From Eledone cirrhosa (lineage: Eukaryota), in contig OZ024754.1 in assembly GCA_964016885.1 (NCBI GenBank), forward strand, positions 992,001-1,056,000: a stretch of DNA of 64,000 nucleotides, given 5' to 3'. Under the pieces are notes generated by a model. It was given only the letters and a program-made list of their open reading frames with translations. It did no database searches and had not been told where the DNA came from. The position numbers were made by a program, and so were the translations under genes. Shown here one piece after another: positions 25,765-39,881 of the stretch; within the stretch, counting starts at the first letter, position 1, and every line of letters starts with the position of its first letter.

Positions 25765-27277
25765 ATCCTAAACGGACGGTAGTCCGTTTAGTAATATTGT
25801 TGTAGTCGTGTTTTCGTTGGCAATCGTCTGTTTACGACAGTACAGCGCGGCTCTACTTTATTTAACTGAGATAAAACTTATATGAGCATGAACAGTAGAT
25901 CATTACGCATCTTTTGGCTTAAAAATCTAGAAATTTGGTCCAGCGGGAAAAAGTTTATAATCAAAGTTTGCTGATAAATCTTGTGTTCAAGTGAGTAAGT
26001 AGTAAGCGTGACGCTAGGGGAGGTAATCCAGAAATGACGTAGCTTTGTCATTAAGCCAGTTGCCTCAACTAGATTGCAATTATACTCAAAAGAACTTTAA
26101 AATGTCAATCACTTGTCAGTAATTCACTATGATCATTTAATTATTAGATAGTTGTTGCTTGCATTGCCTTAAAAAATAGTAGACCAGATAGAAAAATGCG
26201 TACAGCAAAAAAAAGTAATATTGTTGGAATATAAACCTTTAAAAATACAGGACAAGAAACTAAAATAAAACTTTAAAAGAATAGGACAAGAAACTAAGAT
26301 AAAACTTTAAAAGAATAGGACAAGAAACTAAGATAAAACTTTAAAGAATTGGACAAGAAATAAAAAAATTTACAATAATATTAGTGGCAACATTTTTTTA
26401 TTCGTTTCCTGTGCTATGCCCCAGTATCTTCTTGATTAGTGCATAATAATTGTCATGCTCTCATTGTGCGTTGCCCCTGAGTGGTTGGTTCTGGTTGGGG
26501 TTGGTTGGCTGAGCAGTTCTGCTCCGTCAGAATGACCATTGCAAGAAGAATTGGCCGATGCAGCTGCAGGTCTCCTCCAAGAATGCACTTCTGGTCCCGC
26601 AACACCAGACGAAGATGGAGAAGACGACCGGGACAAGATGTCGTCTCTGACCACCGACTACGGCACCTCCCTCAACCACCGGTCACCCCTCCCTCTGTTC
26701 CGTCATCCCTCCAGTCCTCCTGCTCCCCCTTCCTGTACCAGAAAGCTGTGGTACGCATTCATCTGGACTGCCGGACTTGAACTCAAGGACAAGATGCAAG
26801 GAGAAGATGGACGGGTTGGTCAAGATCAAGGATGAGCGGGACGACAAGACCGTCCGCTGCTGCTCAAGATCTGTGCTCATGGGCCCATGGGTCCATTCAC
26901 ATTATGCATGACACATGAGGCGTGTCGCCGAATGATGAAATAGGGGTATGGTTATGGCCAAATTGGTGTTCAAACCAGGATCAAATGATCGCCCCGGTCT
27001 GACGACGACCTCTGAATGTGGAACCCAGAGCCTATGAATGTGGAACTCGATTTTTTACCGATAAAAATTTTGCCACTAATATTATTGTAAATTTTTTTAT
27101 TTCTTGTCCAATTCTTTAAAGTTTTATCTTAGTTTCTTGTCCTATTCTTTTAAAGTTTTATCTTAGTTTCTTGTCCTATTCTTTAAAAGTTTTATTTTAG
27201 TTTCTTGTCCTGTATTTTTAAAGGTTTATATTCCAACAATATTACTTTTTTTTGCTGTACGCATTTTTCTATCTGGT
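25765..27277. mobile_element. 1.5-kb composite unit, copy 1: hairpin-capped 418-bp segment plus long-TIR element (26183-27277)
   Basis: About 215-bp TIRs starting accagatagaaaaatgcgtacagc with internal 34-bp repeats; GC-rich core; near-identical copy at 44961-46474. Confidence 0.85.
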
Positions 27278-28014
27278 ACACTGTATGCTTAATTAAAAGC
27301 ATTTTGAAGACCTTACGCTATTAATAGTAGAAGGCTTCACTAAGACCCCTTTCTGCGGTTTCCAGAACCTCGATATCATACACCTTTCACTAAGTAAGAA
27401 TTCAAACCAATTAGCCCCCCCCCCACACACACACACACACATACACACACCTACTCCGTGTTACATAACCCACACAACTGCCCCAAGGTAGTGCAAGCAG
27501 ACAACTAGTGTACTTTCATACTAAATAAATGAGTGATGTTTTGAACACTCATAATAAATGAAATATAAAAATAAAATAAAATAAAATAAATACAAAATAA
27601 ATAAAATATTATTACCATAAAGTCTAAATATTATTAAACACTCCTCTCAGTCACTAGAACTCCCCACATATAATCCATCGTTGCAATCGTCTTTCCACCT
27701 GCCACTCACGATGACAATAGATGAAGGAAATTACATTTTATTCAGTTGCATAATTCTCATGTAATGTGATATTTATCAGCTATTGTTGTCACTGTGATAA
27801 TGAAGCTCTTTATATGGACTACAAAAATGACTTGGAATATATCCAAGGCGAAATAATATGGATAATTAGATAATGTCATCACAAAAGATACATCACAATC
27901 ATATAATTTTCATCCTCTCATATCCTATCTATTACATTGAGCGCTAGAAAATTGGCAATGAGTGAAAAATTATTTATCTACTTTATATAAAAATGTACAT
28001 GATTTTCCTAACTA

Positions 28015-28412
<398 letters not shown>

Positions 28413-28888
28413 ACAGACATAATGGGGCATAGACATACATATACAGACACACACAGATGCGCACATATATATATATACCTGACCCCATATACAGACACCT
28501 ACATATGCACATAGACACATAACCACCCACGTATGCAATTTCAAATTTTAAAGATGCTCTCATCAAAATAATACCTACATAATCCAGTCGTTAATTTTCG
28601 TAAAAGAGAAACCATACCAATCTGCAAGATAACGATTTCCTATAAAAAAGATAATTACAGAAAGGCTGGCACTAAACTGAAATGGAGAAAATTCATATCA
28701 ATTTTACAAAACGAAAACTTTGAAATCCTTATTTGAATGATAACAGTCATAATATTTTCATTACTGATGGTTTTGATAACCTTCTTACTGCCGATTGACA
28801 AAACTGGACAACGATTATTGCAAAGATTGAGTAGCAAATACGTTTAGAAGTACAGAATATTCTGCCTATTAACTAAGTATATATATAT

Positions 28889-29454
<566 letters not shown>

Positions 29455-29612
29455 TAGTATATCTACCAACATATTTATACAGATGTATACTTACGCTAGC
29501 AGAGATATAGGTTTTGTCTTAGTAACTTTGTGGTTCAATACAAAGAGATGTAGAACAATTATATAAAAGACGTAAAATAAGAAAATTATAGTAATTAACT
29601 CACTTAAATTTC

Positions 29613-29694
29613 ACTCCAACTAATTAGTTTCTGAAAGGGGATATACATAGTCTCCAAAAGGAGATCATGGAGAATCCTTTCTTCATCAGGGAGT
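29613..29694 (-). ncRNA. Type-I hammerhead, core intact
   Basis: actcc-CTGATGA-a-gaaagg...cctttc-a-GAAA-ctaattag-TT-ggagt; palindromic taatta loop. Confidence 0.75.
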
Positions 29695-30083
29695 CATTCT
29701 CGGCTAAGATTCCTGGACACAGGGATCCAATACAAAAATAATTCAGTGGATGGAAAAAGCTAGCGCGGACTTAATCCCAAGCCATTGAAAACTTCACTGC
29801 CTTCATGGTCAGTGGCAAATTCGAAAGAATCAATCACGTGACATCGAGGTTAATCAGTGAGGAGTGGTGTGTTAAAAAGACAGTAGCCAAGATTAATAGT
29901 ATGAACCATAGTAGTAATTTAGGCAAATTTTTGCTCAACAAAATAATTTGGAGATAATTATAAAGAATTAGTATATCTACCATGTCTTGGGATTTAGTCC
30001 GCGCTAGCTTTTTTTCATCCACTGAATTATTTTTGTATTGGATCCCTGTGTCCGCGAATCGCCAGGAATCTTAGCCGAGAATG

Positions 30084-30165
30084 ACTCCCTGATGAAGAAA
30101 GGATTCTCCATAGTGTCCATTTGGAGACCATGTATATCCCCTTTCAGAAACTAATTAGCTGGAGT
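30084..30165 (+). ncRNA. Type-I hammerhead with a U16.1C change (probably inactive)
   Basis: Same motif as 29613-29694 but GAAActaattag-CT-ggagt. Confidence 0.65.
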
Positions 30166-30444
30166 GAAATTTAAGTAAGTGAGTTAATTACTATAATTTT
30201 CTTATTTTACGTCTTTTATATAATTGTTCTACATCTCTTTGTATTGAACCACAAAGAACTAAGACAAAACCTATATCTCTGCTAGCGTAAGTATACATCT
30301 GTATAAATATGTTGGTAGATATACTAATTCTTTATAATTATCTCCACTTCAGGGTCATTGCCTAGTTAGTAATGTGATATATAAATGCACAATCACTACT
30401 GGTAATAGTAATAAATCTTACACCTAATAGTACTAAATCTTACA

Positions 30445-30630
30445 CGGTGAATTGGCAGTATCGGTAGAGAGTCGGACGCCATGCTTTCCAGCATAGTTAC
30501 GTCCCTTTACGGACTGAGTTCAAATCCCGCCGAGGTTAACTTTACCTTTCATCCTTTCGGGGTCGATAAAATAAAGTACCAGTAATGTACTGAGTAATTG
30601 TTGGCCTTGTGCCTAAAGTAGAAACAATTA
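30445..30630 (+). mobile_element. SINE family 1
   Basis: Consensus match. Confidence 0.85.
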
Positions 30631-31485
30631 TATAAGCTCCTCTCATACATTAACAATAGAGCTGAAACTGTAATAAATTGCCAACATAGCCTCCCCTACT
30701 CTTTCTCTAACAAGATCTTTGATCCAATGTAACCACCTTATTTTCAACCTATTTTCTCCCCTCCTCCTCAACCCTAAAATAAAACCCCTCTACTTCTTAT
30801 AGATTAGCCAGATCATCTAAATCACTGCTGTTCGTAATTAGTTGCTTAATTGGGACTTAACTATAGCCCAAATCACACTACCTAACACCTAATCTATCTA
30901 TGTCACTCAACTTGGCCTGTTTTAATTAATAACTATCTTCCCCTTTTTTTTCTAATAAATGCACCATAGTTACTTAGATTATTATGCCCCTTTGTAACCG
31001 CCATTTTTAATTTACAAATTAGACCTAATTGAAATTATCGTTCTAACTAATGCTCTCAGACGTATCTTTGTCTCTCCTGTAAAGGAATATTTATCCCAGT
31101 AATGATAATTTTCGTTTGCTGCCGTATAGTTTGGACTAGCTTCCAGCAACATCATTATAACCAAGTTTTTCTTCTCTGAAGATTCTATGCAAATATCACT
31201 TATAGCATTGTATATACGTGCGTACACACACATATGTGTGAACTGTTATTTTGATATTGTATTGATGAAACACCGTGTAAGATGTAAAGTTTGTTTTTAA
31301 ATGTATTGCCTTCTCCTCCATTTATTCTGCTTATACTTGCTCTGCTTACCTTCTGCACTTACTCTTATTAAATATTAACCTTTCTATAATATTTAACATT
31401 GCACACTTCGCTTCGGCTATTAGTGTCTAGTATACTGTATCATAATTTTCTCTCTCCTCCACTCTTATGATATATGTCTCTTCTT

Positions 31486-31563
<78 letters not shown>

Positions 31564-31710
31564 GGTAAACAGAAATAACAACACAATCGCTACAGTATAT
31601 GGAAGGAATATATGAGGTTAACACTTGAAATAACATGAATATATATTATATTATATTTATGGCGATATTGGGGTTTTCAAATATAGATCCCAATAAAGAT
31701 GAGATATATG

Positions 31711-31768
<58 letters not shown>

Positions 31769-33267
31769 AAGAAATTAAAAGATGATTAAAAAAGTTCCAT
31801 GTATTTTATTATGCGCATTTCAAAAACAAATATCATCTAGGGACGATATTTGCGTTCTCATCAGATAAACTAGGGAGACATGATATGAAGCTTAAAAAAG
31901 ACACTTGTGAGCAATGTAGTGTCTAAACAACATATATATATATATATAAAACATATATATATATATATATAAAATTACTAACAAGTATAATGATGTAATG
32001 TCTGAAAAAAATTGAGATAAGCACTATATCACCAGCAAAGAAAGCTCTAAGAAAGATTCTAAGGAATAAATCCGAGCATTTATTATAAAATTAAAAAACG
32101 ATTGATAGATACATAAATGTATCAAACATTAACAGAACATATAATTCCAAAAGGTGGTATATTTAAATTGTAAATACCTGAGACATTCTTTAATTATTCC
32201 TATCATATGTTCTTATATCTTTTACAAATTATCTACTGTTAATGTTTCACGCCTCTAATGTCTCAAAGTTAGTGTTTAGCTAGACACCTCCAATGAAATT
32301 TTGCCAAAGAAAACAAGAGAACGGAGCCGAAATCAAAGAATGAACAACAGCTAGGAATTAAAAATTTACGTTTTTCTTTTATAATTAGGTCGTGTGATGA
32401 CTCTATATTTAGGTGGATGCATAATTATCTCAACTCTGTAGTATGTATAAGTTTATTGGCAAAAATCTAGCAACCATAGCAGGAGAGGTAAATTAGGACA
32501 TCTAAATAATTTCTTAAACTAGAATGTTTTTTCCATGCGCCGACGCGCATGCATATGCGTGAGCGTGTTTGTATTTGCATATGCATACATTTATATGTAT
32601 GAGTATATAAATATAAACGCGCAAAAACAGACATACACATTCACTCACTCACAGCGTAGTTTTTCACATAGGCAGCAGACGTAAAAAGTGAGGAGTAGTA
32701 TGACGTAGTCAAACTACTCTGCTCTCGTTACGTTTTGTGACAGAATCGCAGAAATTTATATATAGATTAAGAAATTTGCCTATATTTTGTATTCATACAT
32801 ACCCAAAACGGTCAAACTATATACACGGGATTTGATTTTATCCGGGGAGCAATTTGAGTCGAATAAACTCTGTAGGGTGATGATGACCACCAAAAGACGT
32901 ATATCTTATGCTACATAAATTAGAATTCTCTATAAATATTTGATTTAAACGAAATTTAATCAGTTAGATGGAAAAAGCGGTGTTAATCATATAGTTTGAC
33001 ATCTTTTAATATAAGGATAAGGTTAAAGATCTCATAACTCCTTGTGGAGTCGTTGAGTACCCGTCAAAAGGTGTGTCTAGGGTACTTTTAAAGCCGGCGG
33101 AGCCCAACCCTCTCCAGGTCTAAACACAGCCGACTTTTTCTATAGAGGAAGAATCGACCCCAGTACTGGACTGGTACTTTTAATATACGTTTGTGTATAT
33201 ACAAAACACATATCAACTAGATCAGTTAAAATAAGTTGTACCTTTCAATTATATGGCTATATATAAT

Positions 33268-33452
33268 GATTTCTACTATAGGCACACGGCCAGCAATTTT
33301 TTGGGAAGAGAAAGTCGTTTAAATCAACTGGTGCTTTATTTTATTGACCCCTGTGAGGATGAAAGACAAAGCTAACAACGGCGGGATTTGAAATCAAAAC
33401 GTAACGGGCCGTAACTCTATGCTGCGAAGCAGGGTGTCCGACGCTCTACCGA
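33268..33452 (-). mobile_element. SINE family 1 (diverged)
   Basis: Consensus match. Confidence 0.75.
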
Positions 33453-34324
33453 TTACCTAAGGGTTATATATAATAGAGGGAAATCTTAACCTCCTATCGG
33501 TAAGTATTTAACCATAATGGTGATTTGATCACGTTCTGTGACCTTCTCAATGAATAATTATTATCCCTCTCTCTGTCTCCTCTGTTTTTTGGTCTTATTA
33601 TGTTTACTCCAACTGTTTCAACACACAATTGCACATCAAGAATCTTGCGAAACAAATACATGTGTGTGTGTGTTTGTGTGTTTGTAAGTGTTTGTGTGTA
33701 AATTCTATTCCAATTCTCTCTCTATTGTTCCCGTTTATAAGTTTATACTATAAATATTTCATTTTAATGTCTCTGCATATATATTTTACTTTAGCATAAT
33801 TTCTCACATAAAGGATGTACATTTTATTGATATGAGATTCTGAAATTGTAAGAATCTATGATGTAAGATGCTAACAAATGACTATCGTGGAAAAAGGCAG
33901 ATTGTTAATAACAATAAATAATAAATGAATAAAAATAAGAATGGAAATAAAACGAATAAATAAAATAGATAAATACAAGAAAAATGAAGGATAAAGAGTT
34001 TAATAAGAAAACAAAGAGGAAAGACGATATCAGAGATAAGGAATAAGGTAGAAAAGAAAAGAGGGTACCGAAGACTAAGGAATAAGGTAGAAAAGGAAAT
34101 ATAATCTGGAGACGTAAAAGGAAAAAATAAATGGAAAGGGAAGAAAAGACGAAAAAGAAAAACTAGTAGAATAGAAAGAAAGAGAGTGTGTGGCAGATGT
34201 GATGTCTACTGGGTTACATTAAACTACATATATCATATAAAATACTGTTAAAAATATATACAGTAAGTCACTACGTTACGAACATCCTACAGAACTGTGT
34301 TATTATTATTTATTCGATTGATAA

Positions 34325-34542
34325 GGGTGATGGTTTAGCAGCATCGGTAGATCGTTGGACACCATGTTTCGTGGCATAGAGTAAAGGCCCTTTAGTTTCT
34401 GATTTCAAATGCCACCGAGGTTAGCTTTGCCTTTCATACTTACGGGGTCGATAAAATAAAGTACTAGTAAGCACTGGGGTCAATTTAATCGACTTTCCTC
34501 TCCCCTTCAAATTGCTGGCCTTGTACCTAAAGTAGAAATAAT
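34325..34542 (+). mobile_element. SINE family 1 (longer variant)
   Basis: Consensus match with a longer 3' segment. Confidence 0.8.
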
Positions 34543-35404
34543 TATTTATTCGATTGATGCTTGAAATTGAAATTGGTAGTGCAACTGTAACTGTAAACAA
34601 GTGGAAAACATTTGAAGGTAATTTGACTTAAAAAGTATTTTGCTATATTAGATATCATAGACTAAATGTAAGATTGTTTCTGACTATAAAACGCTTACAC
34701 AAATTTCATTTCCTCCCTGTAAGCATTTTGACGTAGATAATCTGCATCCAGAGCGTTTTGCTCAAAATTCTTTTTACGGAACAACCACGTATCTCTTCAG
34801 GCATGGATGTATGTAACAAGTTTATTTCGAATAAATACATATTTTGTTGTTTTGTGTATATATTGAATCTAATATAACTGTGTAATTTTGCCTCCTGTGT
34901 TTTGTTTTGTTTCTTTTATAAACTATACATATATATATATATACACATACACACATACGCATATATATATACATACATACATACACACACATGCACACAC
35001 ACACGTGTGTGTGTGTGTGTGTGTGTGTTTATCTCACAAACAGGTAATTTTGTCGGGGTAAAAACTATATGTATGTATTGAAGAAGAAGAAGAAGAAGAA
35101 GAAGAAGAAGAAGAAGAAGAAGAAGAAGAAGAAGAAGAAGAAGATTTTTTAAATAAAGTTAATACATATTGAAACCCAGGAAAGCACACCGGCTTCATAC
35201 GTTACATAAGCTACATTTTGAGTAAAAAAATATCCTACACTGATAATCCCAATTGATAATCCCAATTTTTAAAAAGGTAGACAAGAGAGAAAAGAAAGCA
35301 CATCCCATATTGTCTGAGAAACGATTGCGAAGGTTATGAATGTTATTGATGAATCTTTGATTGGAAAACATTAAATGGAGCATGATTTATCTATCTCTAT
35401 AAAA

Positions 35405-35695
35405 GCTGTTATCCTGATCATAAATTTCGTTAAAAGCAAACCAACTAATGTTAGATAACTTTCTAAGTTATGTAATGCAATAGCTGCATACAAACACTTG
35501 CTGCAGCAGTCGAAAGATAGTTAACTGTCAAGCAGAAAGATTCTTGGAAAGGTACTAGAACTCAACGAAGAAAAAAAAATCGATTTTCTTTTTATCACAG
35601 AAAAAATTAGATTTAGTCAATTTTCTGACAGAAGAGAGATTTGTGTTACATTGAATTTATCTGACATGACTTCTTCGATGAAGTCAATGATCTCA
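35405..35695 (+). pseudogene. hAT (Buster/Charlie-type) transposase relic
   Basis: VILIINFVKSKPTNVR*LSKLCNAIAAYKHLLQQSKDS*LSSRKILGKVLEL resembles the V..IVNFIK.RP.N.RLF..LC...LL.H..VRWLSRGK motif. Confidence 0.6.
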
Positions 35696-35820
35696 ATTTA
35701 TCGACCCCGTAAGGGTGAAAGGCAAAGTTAACCTCGGTGTGAATTGAACTCAGATCGAAAAGGGACGTAACTACGCTGGAAAGCATGTCTGACCCTCTAC
35801 CAATACTGCCAATTCACCGC
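35696..35820 (-). mobile_element. SINE family 1, 5' part
   Basis: Consensus match. Confidence 0.75.
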
Positions 35821-36189
35821 ACTATAATGATAGTCGATCACTAAAAATAACAGTTGAGAAAATCTGGTAAGTACACCTGCGAGAATTAAACTCCGTATCT
35901 CTCGGATACACGGGGACGGCGTCAAACATCAACTGTTATTTCTAGTTACATATACTGATTACGGTTATTAACATCTACGGTGTTCGTCAATAATATATCT
36001 TCACATGTCTCCTTCTGTATTTATAACTAGCTTTCTGCATGTATGTATGAGCGAGAGGTTGTGCATGCGTGCATTTAGGTTTGTATGTGCTTGTGTGTGC
36101 CCGTATGTGTCTGTGTGTGAGTTTGCATGTGCGTGTCTGTATCTCTGTGTGTTCGTGCGTGCATGTGTGTGTGTGTGTGTGCCTGTATC

Positions 36190-36221
<32 letters not shown>

Positions 36222-36254
36222 TGTATGTATGTATGTATGTATGTATGTATGTAT

Positions 36255-36595
36255 GCAACCCTGATGGTATCCAATGATGTTGACTTGTTCTTCTTTTTGT
36301 TAAATATCATCTTGGTTAAGAGAGTGGGACTGGCTTTGTGCAGTGCCTTTGCTCACTATAAAAGATTCACGGCACAGGCATTGCTTTATATCTGGAGATC
36401 TCTGTGCACTTGTTGTCACATGGTACCATGGGCCCAGCACTATGTGTCAGTAATTGTCACAAGTGTAGTGTTTGTACCACAGTTTTCAAGTCGCTGGCTG
36501 GACTAAAAAGTCACACTCGTTCAGCGCATCGGTAGGGGTTCTCCTACATGGATTTAAAGTAGTGGCCGTACTCGAAAACGAGTTGGCAGCCACCA
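36255..36595 (+). mobile_element. Non-coding RTE-tailed short element (5'-truncated) between (TATG)n runs
   Basis: Near-identical to 50682-51021; its end ggccgtactcgaaaacgagttggcagccacc(atgt)n resembles the RTE 3' end ggccatactcgataacgagggggcagccatc(atgt)n. Confidence 0.7.
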
Positions 36596-36636
36596 TGTAT
36601 GTATGTATGTATGTATGTATGTATGTATGTATGTAT

Positions 36637-36835
36637 GCTATCGTGTGTGTGTGTGTATAGATATGTTTATGTGTGTGCGTGTGTGTGTGTGTATATATAT
36701 ATGTATATTATTATTGTTGTTGTTGTCGTTATTATTATTGTTGTTATTATTATTATTATTGTTATTATTATGTTTTTTTTTGGGGGGGGTTTCTCGTGCA
36801 ATGGCCATACTCGATAACGAGGGGGCAGCCATCAT
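36637..36835 (+). mobile_element. RTE 3'-UTR-only copy including its microsatellite cassette
   Basis: gctatcgtg-(microsatellite block)-tcgtgcaatggccatactcg, as at 50186-50503. Confidence 0.7.
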
Positions 36836-36914
36836 AGTCATGTATGTATGTATGTATGTATGTATGTATGTATGTATGTATGTATGTATGTATGTATGTA
36901 TGTATGTATGTATG

Positions 36915-37657
36915 TCAGTGATGTCGAGATTTTGGAAAGCTCTATGTGTGACAGTATAGAAGCTCTTGTGCTTAAGCAACGACTCCGTTGGAGTGGTCAC
37001 CTTGCCAGGATGAAGGATTCTAGAATACCAAAACAACTTTTATGGAGAGTTGGTTAAAGGAAAACGACCGCCACATAAACCAAAAAAGAGGTATAAGGAT
37101 TCCTTGAAAGCCTCTCTGAAAGACGCTAACATCTCTGCTGATACATGGGAGAATATTGCTGCTGATCGTAATAAATGGAGAAAGACTGTATATGAGGAAG
37201 GGCATTGCTGTTGCACTTCCAGACGGCGAGGGTCCTCCTATGGTGCTGACATGCAGCGTATGTGCGAGACTCTGCCTAAGCAAAGCTGGACTCGAAAGTC
37301 ATCTTCGCAGTCATAAAGTAAGACCAGTGGTTGACTACCAGGCTGCTGTTGGAGATACTACTCATCATGCTTGCCAAACATGTGATAGAGAATGTAAATC
37401 AGTAGGAGGGCTCAAGCGACATGTAAAAGTACACGAACTCCAACCACAGCCGACTATTCCCAGTGAATGTTTTGGTTGCCGACTCTGTGCAAGACATTTT
37501 AGATCATTGGCTGGGCTAAAAAGCCACATTCGATCGCAGCGCTGTTAGTTGCTATCGTGTGTGTGTGTGTGTGTGTAGATATGCTTATGTGTGTGCGTGT
37601 GTGTGTATATATATATGTATATGTATATTATTATTGTTGTTGTCGTTATTATTATTG

Positions 37658-37689
<32 letters not shown>

Positions 37690-37807
37690 GTTATTAATGT
37701 ATGTGTGTGTATATGTGTGTGTGAGTGTGTGTGTGTGTGTGTATATGTGTATGTATATGTATATATATATATATATATATTTCTTTTTTTTATTTTTATT
37801 TTCTTTT

Positions 37808-37880
<73 letters not shown>
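36915..37880 (+). mobile_element. 5'-truncated RTE-BovB-like LINE with three C-terminal C2H2 fingers
   Basis: QRLRWSGHLARMKDSRIPKQL, GKRPPHKPKKRYKD, three CxxC-x12-H fingers; has a frameshift and an internal deletion relative to the 49418 copy. Confidence 0.9.
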
Positions 37881-37889
<9 letters not shown>

Positions 37890-37891
<2 letters not shown>

Positions 37892-39805
37892 GTTATTGTT
37901 ATTCCTTGAATCTCAGTCATTGATGTTGGTTAACTGGAAAGTCCGTTGGATTGAATATCAAGCCACTACCTGCAGCCTCAGATATTCAGGACGTATCGGA
38001 GGGTTCTTGCTGTTCCAAGCAAGCATGCCTTTTGAAGCGTTCCAAAAAGCGTGAAGGGGCCGATTTTCTTTAACCATCCCTGGAAACTTTTGGAGATAGT
38101 CCCCAGTGCGCCTATGACAATCGGGATCACTTTGACTTCATGGCAGTTCCAAATCCTTTTCACCTCCCACTTTAGGTCCTGGTATCGGTTAATTTTCTCC
38201 CTCTCCTTCTCTTGCACTCTCGTGTCGAACGGGCAGGCCACATCCACAATCAGGCACGATCTTTTTTCTTTGTCCACAACCACCAGGTCAGGTCTATTGT
38301 GTTCCAGTTTTTTGTCCGTCTGTATCCTAAAATCCCACAGCACCTTCACCTGATTGTTCTCCATCACCGCCTCTGGCCTATGCTCATACCATTTCTCAGA
38401 ATGTGGTAGATTGTTTACTTTGCACAGGTGCCAGTGGATCACCCTGCCCATCACATCGTGTCTCCAGCCCTTATAGTGGGTCTGGGCTAGGTGTTTACAC
38501 TCGGACACAATGTGAGCCACAGTCTCCTCTCTCTCTCCACAGATCCTGCACTCCTCCTTGTAGATATGGTGCTTCAACCACTTCGTTTTGAGGGCCTGCT
38601 CCTGCGCAGCCATTAGCATTCCTTCTGTAGCCTTTTTGAGGTCTCCTCTTCTCAACCAGTTCCATGTCTGTGGATCTCTAAATTCAGTTTTCTCAAAGAA
38701 GGTACTATGAAGGGGTTTTCCCTTAAGGCTGCTCTTCCTCCTTGATATTATTTCCTCCCTGGACATCCCCTGGCCTACTGTCCCCTCCTTCAGTACAGTT
38801 CTGAGCATTGGCTCCTTACTATAGGTCACGTATTTGTATAGGTTGTTTTTCTCCATCTGAACACAGTCCTCTATGCTGATAAGACCTCTTCCACCCTCAG
38901 ATCTCCTTAGGTAGAGTCTATCGACATCACTCCTCTTGTGGAACATGTTGTAGATAGTCAATAGCTTCCTAGTCTTCCTATCCATTTCTTTCTGTTCAGC
39001 AACATTCCATCTCAGAATTCCCGCACTGTACCTAATAATAGACACAGCTCGGGAATTTACTGCGCTTATGGCATTCCTGCTGTTCAGATGTGACTTCAAT
39101 ACGCTCCTTACTCTCCGAATGTATTCAGTTCTTAACAATTCCTTCATTTTTTTGTTCTTTATGCCATCAGCCTCCAGAACGCCCAAATACTTGTATCCTT
39201 CCTCAGAGTCAATTTCCTTTATCATCTCACCTGTTGGTATCTGGATCCCGTTACTTCTGCTCAACCTACCCCTCTTCATCACAATGACTCCACATTTACC
39301 AATACCAAACTGCATACATATATCACTGCTGAAAATACGGACAGTGTCAACAAGCACATCCAACTCCTTCTCACTTTTCCCGAAGAGCTTAAGATCGTCC
39401 ATGAAGAGGAGGTGATTGATGGTAAGCTCTCCCCTTCCCAACTTGTATCCTGCTCTCACTTTTCGCAGCATAATGGTCAAGGGCATCAGGGCAAGGACAA
39501 ACAACAGAGGGGACAGGCTATCTCCCTGGAAGATACCTCTCTTGATCTTCACGCTTCCCAAGGATACTCCAGTTGATGTCAACTCTGTCTCCCAGGACCC
39601 CATACTCCTGCCTAGCAACTGTCTGATGTTATCTGCCACCCTGAAGATCTCCAGGCTTTTGGTGATCCAGGAATGAGGCACCATGTCAAATGCCTTTCTG
39701 TAGTCTATCCATCCCATGGCAAGATCAGTGTGCCTCCTCCTGCAATTCCCCATTACCATCTTATCAATAAGCAACTGGTCCTTTGTACCACGTGACTTCT
39801 TTCGG

Positions 39806-39807
<2 letters not shown>
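37890..39807 (-). mobile_element. 5'-truncated Dong/R4 non-LTR element inserted in (TAA)n
   Basis: (TTA)n on both sides, the known target class of Dong; uninterrupted ORF. Confidence 0.92.
37978..39807 (-). CDS. Partial RT + Zn knuckle + RLE endonuclease polyprotein (no native start)
   Basis: [69 protein letters not shown]...DVACP...EKINRY; the frame is open from the (TAA)n junction. Confidence 0.9.

Positions 39808-39880
<73 letters not shown>

Positions 39881-39881
<1 letters not shown>

Noticed and set aside
37156-37548. Host C2H2 zinc-finger gene
   Set aside because: The fingers are contiguous with RTE RT sequence in three copies.
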